64,000 bases of DNA. It comes from an uncultured Verrucomicrobiae bacterium (GTDB lineage: Bacteria > Verrucomicrobiota > Verrucomicrobiia > Chthoniobacterales > UBA10450). The stretch's first letter is position 1. Each line of letters starts with the position of its first letter. Shown in pieces: positions 30,341 through 39,094 of the stretch. Under the pieces are notes generated by a model. It saw only the letters and a list, made by a program, of their open reading frames with translations, did not search any database and had not been told where the DNA came from. The translations under genes and the position numbers were made by a program. The stretch is taken from NCBI GenBank assembly GCA_963735805.1, contig CAVTMK010000004.1, positions 384,001 through 448,000 on the forward strand, written 5' to 3'.

Positions 30341-31320
30341 GAGAAATCACATATCGTCAGGCTCTAAACGAAGCGTTGGCGGAAGAGCTGGAGCGCGATC
30401 CGAATGTATTTCTGATGGGCGAAGAAGTCGCAGAGTACCAGGGCGCGTACAAGGTCAGCCAGGGATTGCTGCAGCGCTTCGGGCCGCGACGGATTATTGA
30501 TACTCCAATTAGTGAAAACGGGTTTGCTGGTTTGGGTGTTGGCGCGGCCATGGTCGGGTTGCGGCCGATCATTGAATTCATGACGTTCAGTTTTTCGTTG
30601 GTGGCATTTGATCAGGTCGTGAATAACGCCCCAAATATGTACACGATGTCGGGGGGGCAATTTAATATTCCCATCACCTTTCGCGGACCAAATGGCCCGG
30701 CGCACCAACTGGGCGCTACCCATTCGCATGCGACGGAGAACTTTTACGCCAGCGTGCCGGGCCTGAAAGTGTGCACCCCGGCCACTCCGCGCGACGCGAA
30801 AGGATTGCTCAAAACGGCCGTGCGCGACAACAACCCTGTCCTCGTGCTGGAGGCGGAGTTGCTCTACAGCTCAAAAGGAATGGTGGAGCCACCGGATGAA
30901 GAATTGCTCATCCCACTTGGAAAAGCTGAAGTGAAGCGTGAAGGCGGCGATGTCTCAATTATTTGTTATTCGCAGACAGTGCCACTGGCACTCAAAGTTG
31001 CCGCCGAACTGGAGGAGGAAGATATTTCCGCGGAAATTCTCGATCTTCGTTCAATCAAACCGCTCGACGAGAAAGCGATTTATGATTCGGTCGCAAAAAC
31101 TCATCGCGTGGTGATTGTCGAACAGGATCATCCCTTCTGCGGGGTGGGCTCGGAGGTGTGCTACCGCATCCAGAAAAACATTTTCGATGCGCTCGACGCG
31201 CCAATCATCCGCGTATCACAGGAAGATGTACCGATGCCTTATAATGAGCGGCTCGAGCACGCTGTCCTGCCAAATGCCGACAAGCTCTTGGCTGCCGTAA
31301 AACAGGTTTGCTACGCGTGA
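30337..31320 (+). CDS. pdhB: Pyruvate dehydrogenase E1 beta
   Basis: MGEEV, DTPISE, RPIIEFM, FRGPNG and DLRSIKPLD motifs. Confidence 0.97.
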   Translation: MREITYRQALNEALAEELERDPNVFLMGEEVAEYQGAYKVSQGLLQRFGPRRIIDTPISENGFAGLGVGAAMVGLRPIIEFMTFSFSLVAFDQVVNNAPNMYTMSGGQFNIPITFRGPNGPAHQLGATHSHATENFYASVPGLKVCTPATPRDAKGLLKTAVRDNNPVLVLEAELLYSSKGMVEPPDEELLIPLGKAEVKREGGDVSIICYSQTVPLALKVAAELEEEDISAEILDLRSIKPLDEKAIYDSVAKTHRVVIVEQDHPFCGVGSEVCYRIQKNIFDALDAPIIRVSQEDVPMPYNERLEHAVLPNADKLLAAVKQVCYA

Positions 31321-31335
31321 ATTCAATCAAAAGAA

Positions 31336-31382
31336 TTACAACCGTTACAAAATTCAGAACGCGGGCATTGTAAACGTTGTAA
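31336..31382. repeat. Intergenic inverted repeat between pdhB and pdhC
   Basis: TTACAACCGTTACAA-N17-TTGTAAACGTTGTAA (13/15 complementary). Confidence 0.55.
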
Positions 31383-31410
31383 GTCTTGGAATTCCTTTAC
31401 CTTTTCTCCC

Positions 31411-32748
31411 ATGCCTGAAATTCAGATGCCCAAGCTAAGCGACACGATGACCGAGGGTACTCTCGTCGCGTGGAAAAAAAAGAAGGGCGACCAGGTCTCG
31501 GCCGGCGAAGTGCTTGCTGAGATCGAGACCGACAAGGCCACGATGGAATGGGAATCACCCGAGGACGGAACCTTGACGGAGATTTATGTCCGGGAGGGCG
31601 GCAAGGTAAATGTGGGTGACAAGATCGCGTTCATCGGTGGTGAGGGTGAGGAAGCGCCGAAGGAAAGCGAGAAGGAAAAAGAGAAAGAAGAAAAAAAGGA
31701 AAAACCCAAGGCCAGGGAAGAGCAAAAAGAACCCGAGAAGGCGAAAAAAGACGAGAAATCAAAGGAAGAAGAACAGCCGAAAAACGAAGCGAACGAGCAG
31801 AAAAAACAGGCGCCACCAAAGGCGGAAGAGAAAGAGGAACCTGAAAAGCCAGCGCCGAGGATTGGAAAGCCTGAAGAAGCACGAGTGAAGGCGTCGCCGG
31901 TCGCGCGGCGAATTGCCGGGGAGCTTGGTGTTGACCTTTCCAGCGTGAAAGGCACGGGACCAGAAGGTCGTGTGACCGAGACCGACGTACGCGCCGCTGC
32001 TAAATCAAAGCAAGCCGCGCCAGTCGCCAAGGTTCCGGCGGCGGTAAAGGCAGGCGAAAGCGCACGCATTCAACTGTCCGGAATGCGCAGAGTGATTGCG
32101 CAGCGACTGGTCGAAAGCCTCGGCCCGGTTCCACATTTTTACCTCGACATAGTTGTGGACGCCGGTCCCCTCATGGAGGCGCGCGAGGAATTGAAATCTG
32201 CGGGCGAGAATGCAGATACGGCGAAAATCACGATAAACGATTTTGTTTTGAAGGCAGCAGTGCAAGCTGCAGTCAAGGTACCGCGAGTGAACGCCTCCTT
32301 CGACCGTGACGCGATTGTGCAGTACGCCGATGTCGATCTGGGAATTGCGGTCGCGATTGAAGATGGCCTGTTGACTCCAGTCATTCGGGGCGCGCAAAGT
32401 AAATCGCTGCGCGAGATTAGCGAATTGGCAAAGGATTTGGCGCATCGCGCGCGGAACAAACGGATGAAGCCAGAAGAATTTCAGGGCGGCACATTCACCG
32501 TTTCAAACCTTGGCGGCATGGGGATCGATAGTTTTTCCGCCGTCATTAATCCGCCGCAAAGTTTCATCCTGGCGGTTGGTCGGATTACAAAAGTTCCTGT
32601 CGTGGACGATTGCGACCAAGTCGTGGTGGGCCATCGCATGTCTCTTACCATGAGCTGCGATCACCGCGTGATCGACGGCGCCCTTGGCGCCGAGTATCTA
32701 AAAGAACTGCGCCATCTTCTGGAAAATCCGGCGCTGCTTTTGGTCTGA
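31411..32748 (+). CDS. pdhC: Pyruvate dehydrogenase E2, dihydrolipoamide acetyltransferase
   Basis: One lipoyl domain (ETDKA), E3-binding ASPVARR...GTGPEGRV, catalytic DHRVIDG. Confidence 0.96.
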   Translation: MPEIQMPKLSDTMTEGTLVAWKKKKGDQVSAGEVLAEIETDKATMEWESPEDGTLTEIYVREGGKVNVGDKIAFIGGEGEEAPKESEKEKEKEEKKEKPKAREEQKEPEKAKKDEKSKEEEQPKNEANEQKKQAPPKAEEKEEPEKPAPRIGKPEEARVKASPVARRIAGELGVDLSSVKGTGPEGRVTETDVRAAAKSKQAAPVAKVPAAVKAGESARIQLSGMRRVIAQRLVESLGPVPHFYLDIVVDAGPLMEAREELKSAGENADTAKITINDFVLKAAVQAAVKVPRVNASFDRDAIVQYADVDLGIAVAIEDGLLTPVIRGAQSKSLREISELAKDLAHRARNKRMKPEEFQGGTFTVSNLGGMGIDSFSAVINPPQSFILAVGRITKVPVVDDCDQVVVGHRMSLTMSCDHRVIDGALGAEYLKELRHLLENPALLLV

Positions 32749-32760
32749 AGCGACCCCTTA

Positions 32761-33228
32761 CTACCGGGATGGCGGCGTGGTCTCCCACGTCATGAAATCG
32801 TCGAGTGTTTGCCGGGTTTTAGCCGCGACAAATTCGACAACGGTCGCGTCATCGACGTAGCCGAGAAATGGAGTCTGGTCGGGAATCAAATCGAACGGAT
32901 CAACCAAATAATTAAGACCCGCTACGATCCACAACAAAGCGTCACTCGAAACCTGCTTGTATTCACCACGTTCGTATGAGCGGACCAGTCGCAGCATCGT
33001 CTGAAGATACGGCCAGTTTTCTTTAAATGCGTCCTTGGGCACACTCGCCGCCTTCTTCGCGGCTTGTTCAAAAAGAGCCCGCAGGCCGCCGGAGCCGGCA
33101 ATAGACAATTTTGCGTCGCTGAGAGCCCGGGCAAATGCTTCGCTGCGCAGCGCCGGTTTTTGATAGGAAACGTGCCTTTCGGCGCGCAATTTCTCTTTCT
33201 CCTTTTTCATCGGGTGAGATGAAAGCAT
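32761..33228 (-). CDS. YkvA/DUF1232 family protein
   Basis: YLVDPFDLIPD...LGYVDD motif. Confidence 0.88.
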   Translation of the reverse strand: MLSSHPMKKEKEKLRAERHVSYQKPALRSEAFARALSDAKLSIAGSGGLRALFEQAAKKAASVPKDAFKENWPYLQTMLRLVRSYERGEYKQVSSDALLWIVAGLNYLVDPFDLIPDQTPFLGYVDDATVVEFVAAKTRQTLDDFMTWETTPPSR

Positions 33229-33259
33229 TTCACATCGGCGATGAGAAGCCGATTCTTAA

Positions 33260-34285
33260 TCAGGGTTTTGTTGCCAGAATTAACGGCGAAGGTCCCGGTG
33301 CCTGAAGCTTTCGCACTTTCTTGAAGCCAGCCTTTTCGAGCCAGCTCTTGATTTCGTTGAAGCTAAAGGTGTCGCCTTTCTCGGTGTTCACCAGCATTTG
33401 CACGGCAAACATCAGAGAGGGTAGCGGTTTGGTGCGGTCATCGTTCACCAGCCATTCTGCGATTGCGATCGTACCGCCGGATTTGAGCGCGCGAAAAGTC
33501 TTCTTGAGCAACTCGCGGCTGCGTTGTTCGCCTTCGCTATGCAAAATGTGGCCGAGAGTCGCAACGTTGTAGCCGCTGCCAAAGTCCGCCGACAATATGT
33601 CGCTCTCGATATAATTGAAGCGATCGCTGACGCCGAATGTTTGTGTAATTCGTTTCGTGGTCGGGATCATTCCCGGCCAGTCGACTGCGGTGACCCGCAC
33701 TCGCGGCGATTTTTGGGCGAGGGCAATCCCCCAAATGCCTGAACCTGCAGCAAGATCGAGCACGCGAAGTTCGTTTCGCGTCCCCGCCAATTTTAAATGA
33801 TCGCCCAGCTTTTGCGCGGGCGGATAGCTCATTGGAATGATTCTTTCTACCAACTGGCTGAAGAATTCCGTCCCTTCGGTTTCCTGGTTCACTGCAACGG
33901 CCGGACGACCTTCGCGAACGATGTCGGGCAATCGTAGCCAACGTGAGATGATCTGCGGGGCAATCGTCCCGAAGAACCCGGCATGCGTCCCCACTTGGTT
34001 GCTAAGAAGAAAGGCTGCGCTTTCCGGCGTCAGCGAATACTTCTCTTTCCTATCTTTCTTCAGAAGATCCAGACCAACGAGGGCATTCATTAAGATCCGC
34101 AGAGCGCGAGGCGACGCCCCGGTTTGCTCCGCAACCTCCCGCGATGTTTTCGCTCCGTTTTCCAATGAATCGAAAACTTTGTTGCTCACCGCCGCGCTGA
34201 TGATTAGCGGTGGCGCATAAGCGAAGCTCAATTCCATCAAACGTTCGGGCGTGACTTGCTTTTTGCTGCGAGTTTTATTGGACAT
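33260..34285 (-). CDS. O-methyltransferase (Methyltransf_2 with N-terminal dimerisation domain)
   Basis: Winged-helix N-terminus; VLDLAAGSG, GHILH and ALKSGG motifs. Confidence 0.87.
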   Translation of the reverse strand: MSNKTRSKKQVTPERLMELSFAYAPPLIISAAVSNKVFDSLENGAKTSREVAEQTGASPRALRILMNALVGLDLLKKDRKEKYSLTPESAAFLLSNQVGTHAGFFGTIAPQIISRWLRLPDIVREGRPAVAVNQETEGTEFFSQLVERIIPMSYPPAQKLGDHLKLAGTRNELRVLDLAAGSGIWGIALAQKSPRVRVTAVDWPGMIPTTKRITQTFGVSDRFNYIESDILSADFGSGYNVATLGHILHSEGEQRSRELLKKTFRALKSGGTIAIAEWLVNDDRTKPLPSLMFAVQMLVNTEKGDTFSFNEIKSWLEKAGFKKVRKLQAPGPSPLILATKP

Positions 34286-34339
34286 ATCAGATTTGAGGTT
34301 TCGAAAAGTAAGATCGAGAAATAGGATTGGGAATCAATT

Positions 34340-35545
34340 GTGACGAAGCATTCTTCTGAACCTCGGGTGGCGCGCCTCGCGGCTGTCTGCAAAACACGCG
34401 AAGAAATGGAAGCGACCGAGCGCCACGTGCTGGCGCCATTTGCCGAAAAATCTGGCGATTCGCGCGGCCGAAAACATTCAGAACCAAGCCATGCCTTTCG
34501 CACTGAATTTCAACGGGACAGGGCGCGTATCATTCATTCTCGTGCATTCCGACGAATGGAATATAAAACCCAGGTCTTCCTGAACGGAACTGGCGATCAC
34601 TTACGCACGCGCTTAACGCATTCGATCGAGGTAGCCTCCATCAGCCGAACCATTGCCCGGGCCTTGTGCTTGAATGAAGATCTGGCGGAAGCAATCGCTC
34701 TTGCGCACGACCTGGGACACGCGCCTTTTGGACATTCGGGCGAAGAAATGCTGGCTGAATGCATGCGGGACCACGGCGGCTTCGATCACAATCGCCAGAG
34801 CGTGCGAGTGGTGGAGTTGCTTGAAGACCCCTATCCAAATTATCCAGGTCTGAACCTGACATTCGAAGTGCGTGAAGGCTTGCGGAAACACGGAGCATTT
34901 CATGAGATGGAAGAACTGCCGGCATCCCAGGCGCGCACTACTTTACAAGGCTATCGTTGTCCATCGCTGGAGGCGCAGGTGGCGGACCTGGCGGACGAGA
35001 TCACTTATTATAGTCATGATTTGGATGACGCAGTCGATTTTGAAATTCTGAATCCGGCACAACTGGGAAAAAACGAGGTCTGGCGCCGGAGCTTGCGGGC
35101 TGTGCTAGCGCGCTACCCTGACACTCGGGAGCCCGAACTGCACAAGCTAATCATTGGAGACATCATCGACACGGAAGTGCGCGATCTGGTTTCGACCAGC
35201 GCAAAATCCATTGCGGATGCCGGGATGCAAAGCCCGGATCAAGCACGCCAGCAGCCGGTGCCTCTGATTCGCTATAGCGATGATTTGTTCCAGGCGAATC
35301 GCGATTTACGGAAATTTTTGTACCAAAATGTTTATTACGATCCGCGCGTCTCGGAAGTCAATCGGCGCGCATGCGAAATGCTGCGGCAGGTTTTCCAGGT
35401 GTACCTGGCGGATCCTGACAAACTGGGCGAGACGGCGGCGAAACGAATCGGAACTGAGGGATTGCATCGCACCGTATGCGATTATATCGCGGGCATGACG
35501 GATCGATATTTGATGGAAGAACACGCGCGGATTGGAGCTCTGTAA
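34340..35545 (+). CDS. dgt: Deoxyguanosinetriphosphate triphosphohydrolase (HD domain)
   Basis: FQRDRARIIHS, KTQVF, RTRLTHS, HDLGHAPFGHSGE and DYIAGMTD motifs. Confidence 0.94.
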   Translation: MTKHSSEPRVARLAAVCKTREEMEATERHVLAPFAEKSGDSRGRKHSEPSHAFRTEFQRDRARIIHSRAFRRMEYKTQVFLNGTGDHLRTRLTHSIEVASISRTIARALCLNEDLAEAIALAHDLGHAPFGHSGEEMLAECMRDHGGFDHNRQSVRVVELLEDPYPNYPGLNLTFEVREGLRKHGAFHEMEELPASQARTTLQGYRCPSLEAQVADLADEITYYSHDLDDAVDFEILNPAQLGKNEVWRRSLRAVLARYPDTREPELHKLIIGDIIDTEVRDLVSTSAKSIADAGMQSPDQARQQPVPLIRYSDDLFQANRDLRKFLYQNVYYDPRVSEVNRRACEMLRQVFQVYLADPDKLGETAAKRIGTEGLHRTVCDYIAGMTDRYLMEEHARIGAL

Positions 35546-35650
35546 CCGACTTGCCGTGCAACGCACAGCCGGGTGTGTTTTGTGTACCCCGCGCGTCTCA
35601 ACACGCTTCGTCAAGGTTGTGGCTTGGCGAGCAGAGAGATGCAGATGGCG

Positions 35651-36283
35651 TTATGCGGCCGCGCTTCCGTTTTCTTCTCGAAGATACTGAATCACCAACC
35701 GCAGCCGTTTATTAATTGACAGCTCCTCGAGGACGCGTTGACGACGAAGCGGATCACTCACAAACGTTGAGGCGACTAAATCGGCGAGCAATTCAGGGTC
35801 GCTCAAATCGGCAAGGTACCGGTCTACCTTGGGTGGCAGCTGCCGTGGTCCATCTCCTTTGAGGTTCGAATAAAGTTCCAGCACTTTCGCCGCGAGCGCT
35901 TCGGTTTCCACAGACATGACGGAGTCGGACTCCAGCGACTCGATCGTCGCAATCGGGAAAGGCGACTCCTGTCGGAAAGCACTAAATCTGACACGTTCCA
36001 GTCCCTGGAGAATTAAGTTCGATGTGCCGTCGCTTCGATCCACGCATGCCCGAATGAGGCCGACGGTGGCGATGTGAAAGAAGTCAGCGGTCGAATCCCA
36101 ATCGATGCAATCCGGCCTCAGCAACGCGACGCAGAACATACGGTGATGAGCGAGGGCGTGCTTTAACATTTCGCGATAGCGCGGCTCAAAGATATGAAGC
36201 GGCAGCAGGGCATGCGGGAAAAGCAGGGCGCCAGGCAACGGCATAACTGGGACTCGTGTTGGGAGGGTTACGGATGACGACAT
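35651..36283 (-). CDS. LON peptidase substrate-binding domain protein
   Basis: PVMPL...LFP, LPLHIFEPRYREM and G..R.RF; no ATPase or protease domain. Confidence 0.88.
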   Translation of the reverse strand: MSSSVTLPTRVPVMPLPGALLFPHALLPLHIFEPRYREMLKHALAHHRMFCVALLRPDCIDWDSTADFFHIATVGLIRACVDRSDGTSNLILQGLERVRFSAFRQESPFPIATIESLESDSVMSVETEALAAKVLELYSNLKGDGPRQLPPKVDRYLADLSDPELLADLVASTFVSDPLRRQRVLEELSINKRLRLVIQYLREENGSAAA

Positions 36284-36376
36284 AGCACGTTTTTTTTGTA
36301 CGATATATGCGTTGGAGAAAGAGCAAAGCGATCGGACCGTAATTCGTCGTGCGTTAAAACGCTGATGATTTACGCT

Positions 36377-37099
36377 TCAATGTGGCGGAGCTATTCCGAA
36401 CGCGCGAAGCTGATCAAGCGACATCTGTCCCTCGATGTCACTTCGGCCCAGTGAAACGTATACAAGGGCCGATCCAGAACAGGCGAGAAGCAGACGCGAA
36501 GCTGTGCCGAGCTCGCCGATCCCCATCGCGCTTACGGGAATGTCAACATGCTTGCCCGTAGCGAAGTCGATCAAACGCGTCAGTTGCGCCGGAGTATCGG
36601 TGCGTGTTGCCAGCTTAAAAATGTCCGCACCATGTGTTTTTGCCGCGTGCGCTTGAGCTCTTAATCGACTGGGAGAGGGGGTGCTTTTTAGGTGATGCGC
36701 GGAAATGATTCGGCGCACCTTTTGCCGTCGAGCTAGCCGAAGAAGCGAACTGAAAGCGGGCGCTGACCGCAATTCGATATCGATATAACGGGCCCGGGAC
36801 AGGAATCGGAAAAGGAGATCATGTCGCTGCAACGCCGATAATCGATTTGCGCCGCCTTCCATCGGATGCCGCGCGGTGATAATAAACGGCGCGCGCAACT
36901 TCGAAATTTTGGTCTCCAATCGGTTAATCACACCCGCCGCGCCCTGGCCCTGAGAAGGCCGGCGCACAAGACGATCCAGTCGCAGTTCAAACAAATCCGG
37001 TGGGTCGGCGATACGAATTGCGAGATCGAGCTCGGTGGGCGACGAGATAACACCCACTACACGAGGTCGCCCACGGCGATACTTCCCGGAACGATTCAA
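36377..37099 (-). CDS. aroD: Type I 3-dehydroquinate dehydratase
   Basis: ELRLD, ITAR...EGG, DIEL, ISAH, DIFKLA and MGIGELGTASR motifs. Confidence 0.85.
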   Translation of the reverse strand: MNRSGKYRRGRPRVVGVISSPTELDLAIRIADPPDLFELRLDRLVRRPSQGQGAAGVINRLETKISKLRAPFIITARHPMEGGANRLSALQRHDLLFRFLSRARYIDIELRSAPAFSSLLRLARRQKVRRIISAHHLKSTPSPSRLRAQAHAAKTHGADIFKLATRTDTPAQLTRLIDFATGKHVDIPVSAMGIGELGTASRLLLACSGSALVYVSLGRSDIEGQMSLDQLRAFGIAPPH

Positions 37100-37119
37100 C
37101 GGGTCAACGTTTTACCGAT

Positions 37120-37713
37120 TTAACGTCGCAACGCGAGCATTCTTTCAACGTACTTGGCGAGAATGTCGAATTCGAGATTCAACGGATCACCAATTTGTGC
37201 CTTGTCTAGATTGGTGTGCGTTTTCGTGTAAGGAATGACCCACGCGACGAGACTTTTCGGAAGAATTTCGGCGACCGTAAGACTGATTCCATTTACCGCA
37301 ATCGAGCCCTTAGACACGACATAATGGCCGAACACCTCCGGCAACTCGATTTCCAACCGAAAATCGACGCCACTTTTCTGATAGGCTATGATTGGGGCAA
37401 CACAATCGATATGTCCTTGGATGAAATGTCCGCCAAAGCGCTGCGTCGCAGACAGAGCGAGCTCAAGATTTACCGGTTGCTTCAACCGCATTTTTTTTAG
37501 ATTTGTTCGAGCCACAGTCTCTTCCAAAAGATCGAAAATTAACTGGTCTCCGCGCCGCGAGCTTAGCGTGAGACAACAACCGTTAACGGCGATACTGTCG
37601 CCCGGTCGTATCTTTTTCGCGACAAGGGGAGCGGCAATTTTCAATTGATTAGCGTTTTTGCTTGCACCGACTGCGGTTACATTGCCGACTTCTTCAATCA
37701 AACCGGTGAACAT
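37120..37713 (-). CDS. ribE: Riboflavin synthase (alpha chain)
   Basis: MFTGLIEE, GDSIAVNGCCLT, GGHFIQGHID and KGSIAVNGISLT motifs. Confidence 0.96.
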   Translation of the reverse strand: MFTGLIEEVGNVTAVGASKNANQLKIAAPLVAKKIRPGDSIAVNGCCLTLSSRRGDQLIFDLLEETVARTNLKKMRLKQPVNLELALSATQRFGGHFIQGHIDCVAPIIAYQKSGVDFRLEIELPEVFGHYVVSKGSIAVNGISLTVAEILPKSLVAWVIPYTKTHTNLDKAQIGDPLNLEFDILAKYVERMLALRR

Positions 37714-37789
37714 GATAAGTTGTAGAGCTTGATTCGTTAGATACCTACACGGTTACATCGGATTTAGGTTTTAACGAGGGGAAGCATTC

Positions 37790-39094
37790 GTGGTTAGAAA
37801 AATCCAGCCACCCATTTTCCAGCACTTTTTCCGCACCGAGACGGTTGGCGGATCAGTGTTGCTACTGTTCGCAATTGCTGCGCTTGTGCTGGCCAATTCT
37901 CCGCTTGCCGATGCGTATGAGCATTTTTGGCAGATACGGGTAACAGTGGGAATCGTAGAACATCCGTTGTCGCTGACGCTCCATGATTGGATCAACGATG
38001 GCCTGATGGCGATGTTCTTTCTGTTGGTGGGCTTGGAAATCAAGCGCGAGCTAATCGTCGGAGAACTGGCGTCGGTGAACAAAGCCGCGCTTCCTATCGC
38101 GTGCGCCATAGGCGGCATGATTGTGCCGGCTGCGATCTATTTATTGTGCAACATGACCGGGTTTGGCGCTCGGGGTTGGGGCATTCCAGTGGCAACGGAC
38201 ATTGCTTTCGCTCTTGGGGCACTCGCGCTAATTGCTCCCAACGCGCCGGTCGGCGCCCGGATATTTCTCGTTGCGCTTGCGATCGTTGACGACATGGGAG
38301 CGGTCCTGGTCATTGCGATCTTCTATTCGCAAACAATCGCGTGGAGCGCTTTGGCTGGAGCGGCTGTAATGGTTGCTATCCTGATTGGATTCAACGCGGT
38401 CGGAGTCCGCCGTTTGTGGCCATACTTGCTCGCGGGAATTGTGCTCTGGTACTTCGTGCACGAATCCGGCGTGCACGCCACGGTGGCTGGCGTAGCGCTT
38501 GCGTTTACGATTCCGATGCACACGAGGATCAATGCGGTAGAATTCTCGCGCAAGGCGCGGGGACTCCTGAATCGATTCGATCGCACTGAGAGCGGAGATC
38601 TTCTTGTTCTAACCAGCAAGGGACAACAGGAAGCTCTCTTTGCGCTTGAGCATACGAGCAAAGCTGTCACCGCGCCGATTTTGCGTCTCGAACACGCGCT
38701 TCACAACTTCTCAGCGTTTGTCGTGATGCCCCTCTTCGCATTTGCCAATGCAGGCGTCAGGATCGGTGGCCCGCTCCAGCATGCCGAAGTCGCGTTTGGA
38801 ATAGTGCTCGGGCTTGTGATTGGCAAGCCGATCGGCATTACGGCTGCAGCGTTTGGCGCAGTCAAATCGGGAATCGCCGAACTTCCACGCGGCGTCGGAT
38901 GGGGGTCTCTGCTCGGTTACGCCTGCCTGGCAGGGATCGGTTTTACGATGTCGCTATTTATCGCTATGCTTGCATTCGATGAGACTGGGCCAGGTAACAC
39001 GGCAAAGTCAGGGATCCTTGCGGGGTCGGTTTTGGCAGGGATCGTGGGAGCGATTATTCTGAGGGTTGCCACTGGTTTTCGCAACGATGAATAG
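37790..39094 (+). CDS. nhaA: Na+/H+ antiporter NhaA
   Basis: WINDGLMAMFF, GLEIKRE, ATDIAF, AIVDD, GKPIGI and GIGFTMSLFI motifs. Confidence 0.95.
   Translation: MVRKIQPPIFQHFFRTETVGGSVLLLFAIAALVLANSPLADAYEHFWQIRVTVGIVEHPLSLTLHDWINDGLMAMFFLLVGLEIKRELIVGELASVNKAALPIACAIGGMIVPAAIYLLCNMTGFGARGWGIPVATDIAFALGALALIAPNAPVGARIFLVALAIVDDMGAVLVIAIFYSQTIAWSALAGAAVMVAILIGFNAVGVRRLWPYLLAGIVLWYFVHESGVHATVAGVALAFTIPMHTRINAVEFSRKARGLLNRFDRTESGDLLVLTSKGQQEALFALEHTSKAVTAPILRLEHALHNFSAFVVMPLFAFANAGVRIGGPLQHAEVAFGIVLGLVIGKPIGITAAAFGAVKSGIAELPRGVGWGSLLGYACLAGIGFTMSLFIAMLAFDETGPGNTAKSGILAGSVLAGIVGAIILRVATGFRNDE

Noticed and set aside
37714..37789. FMN riboswitch upstream of ribE
   Set aside because: Only 76 bp shared with divergent nhaA; no RFN consensus.
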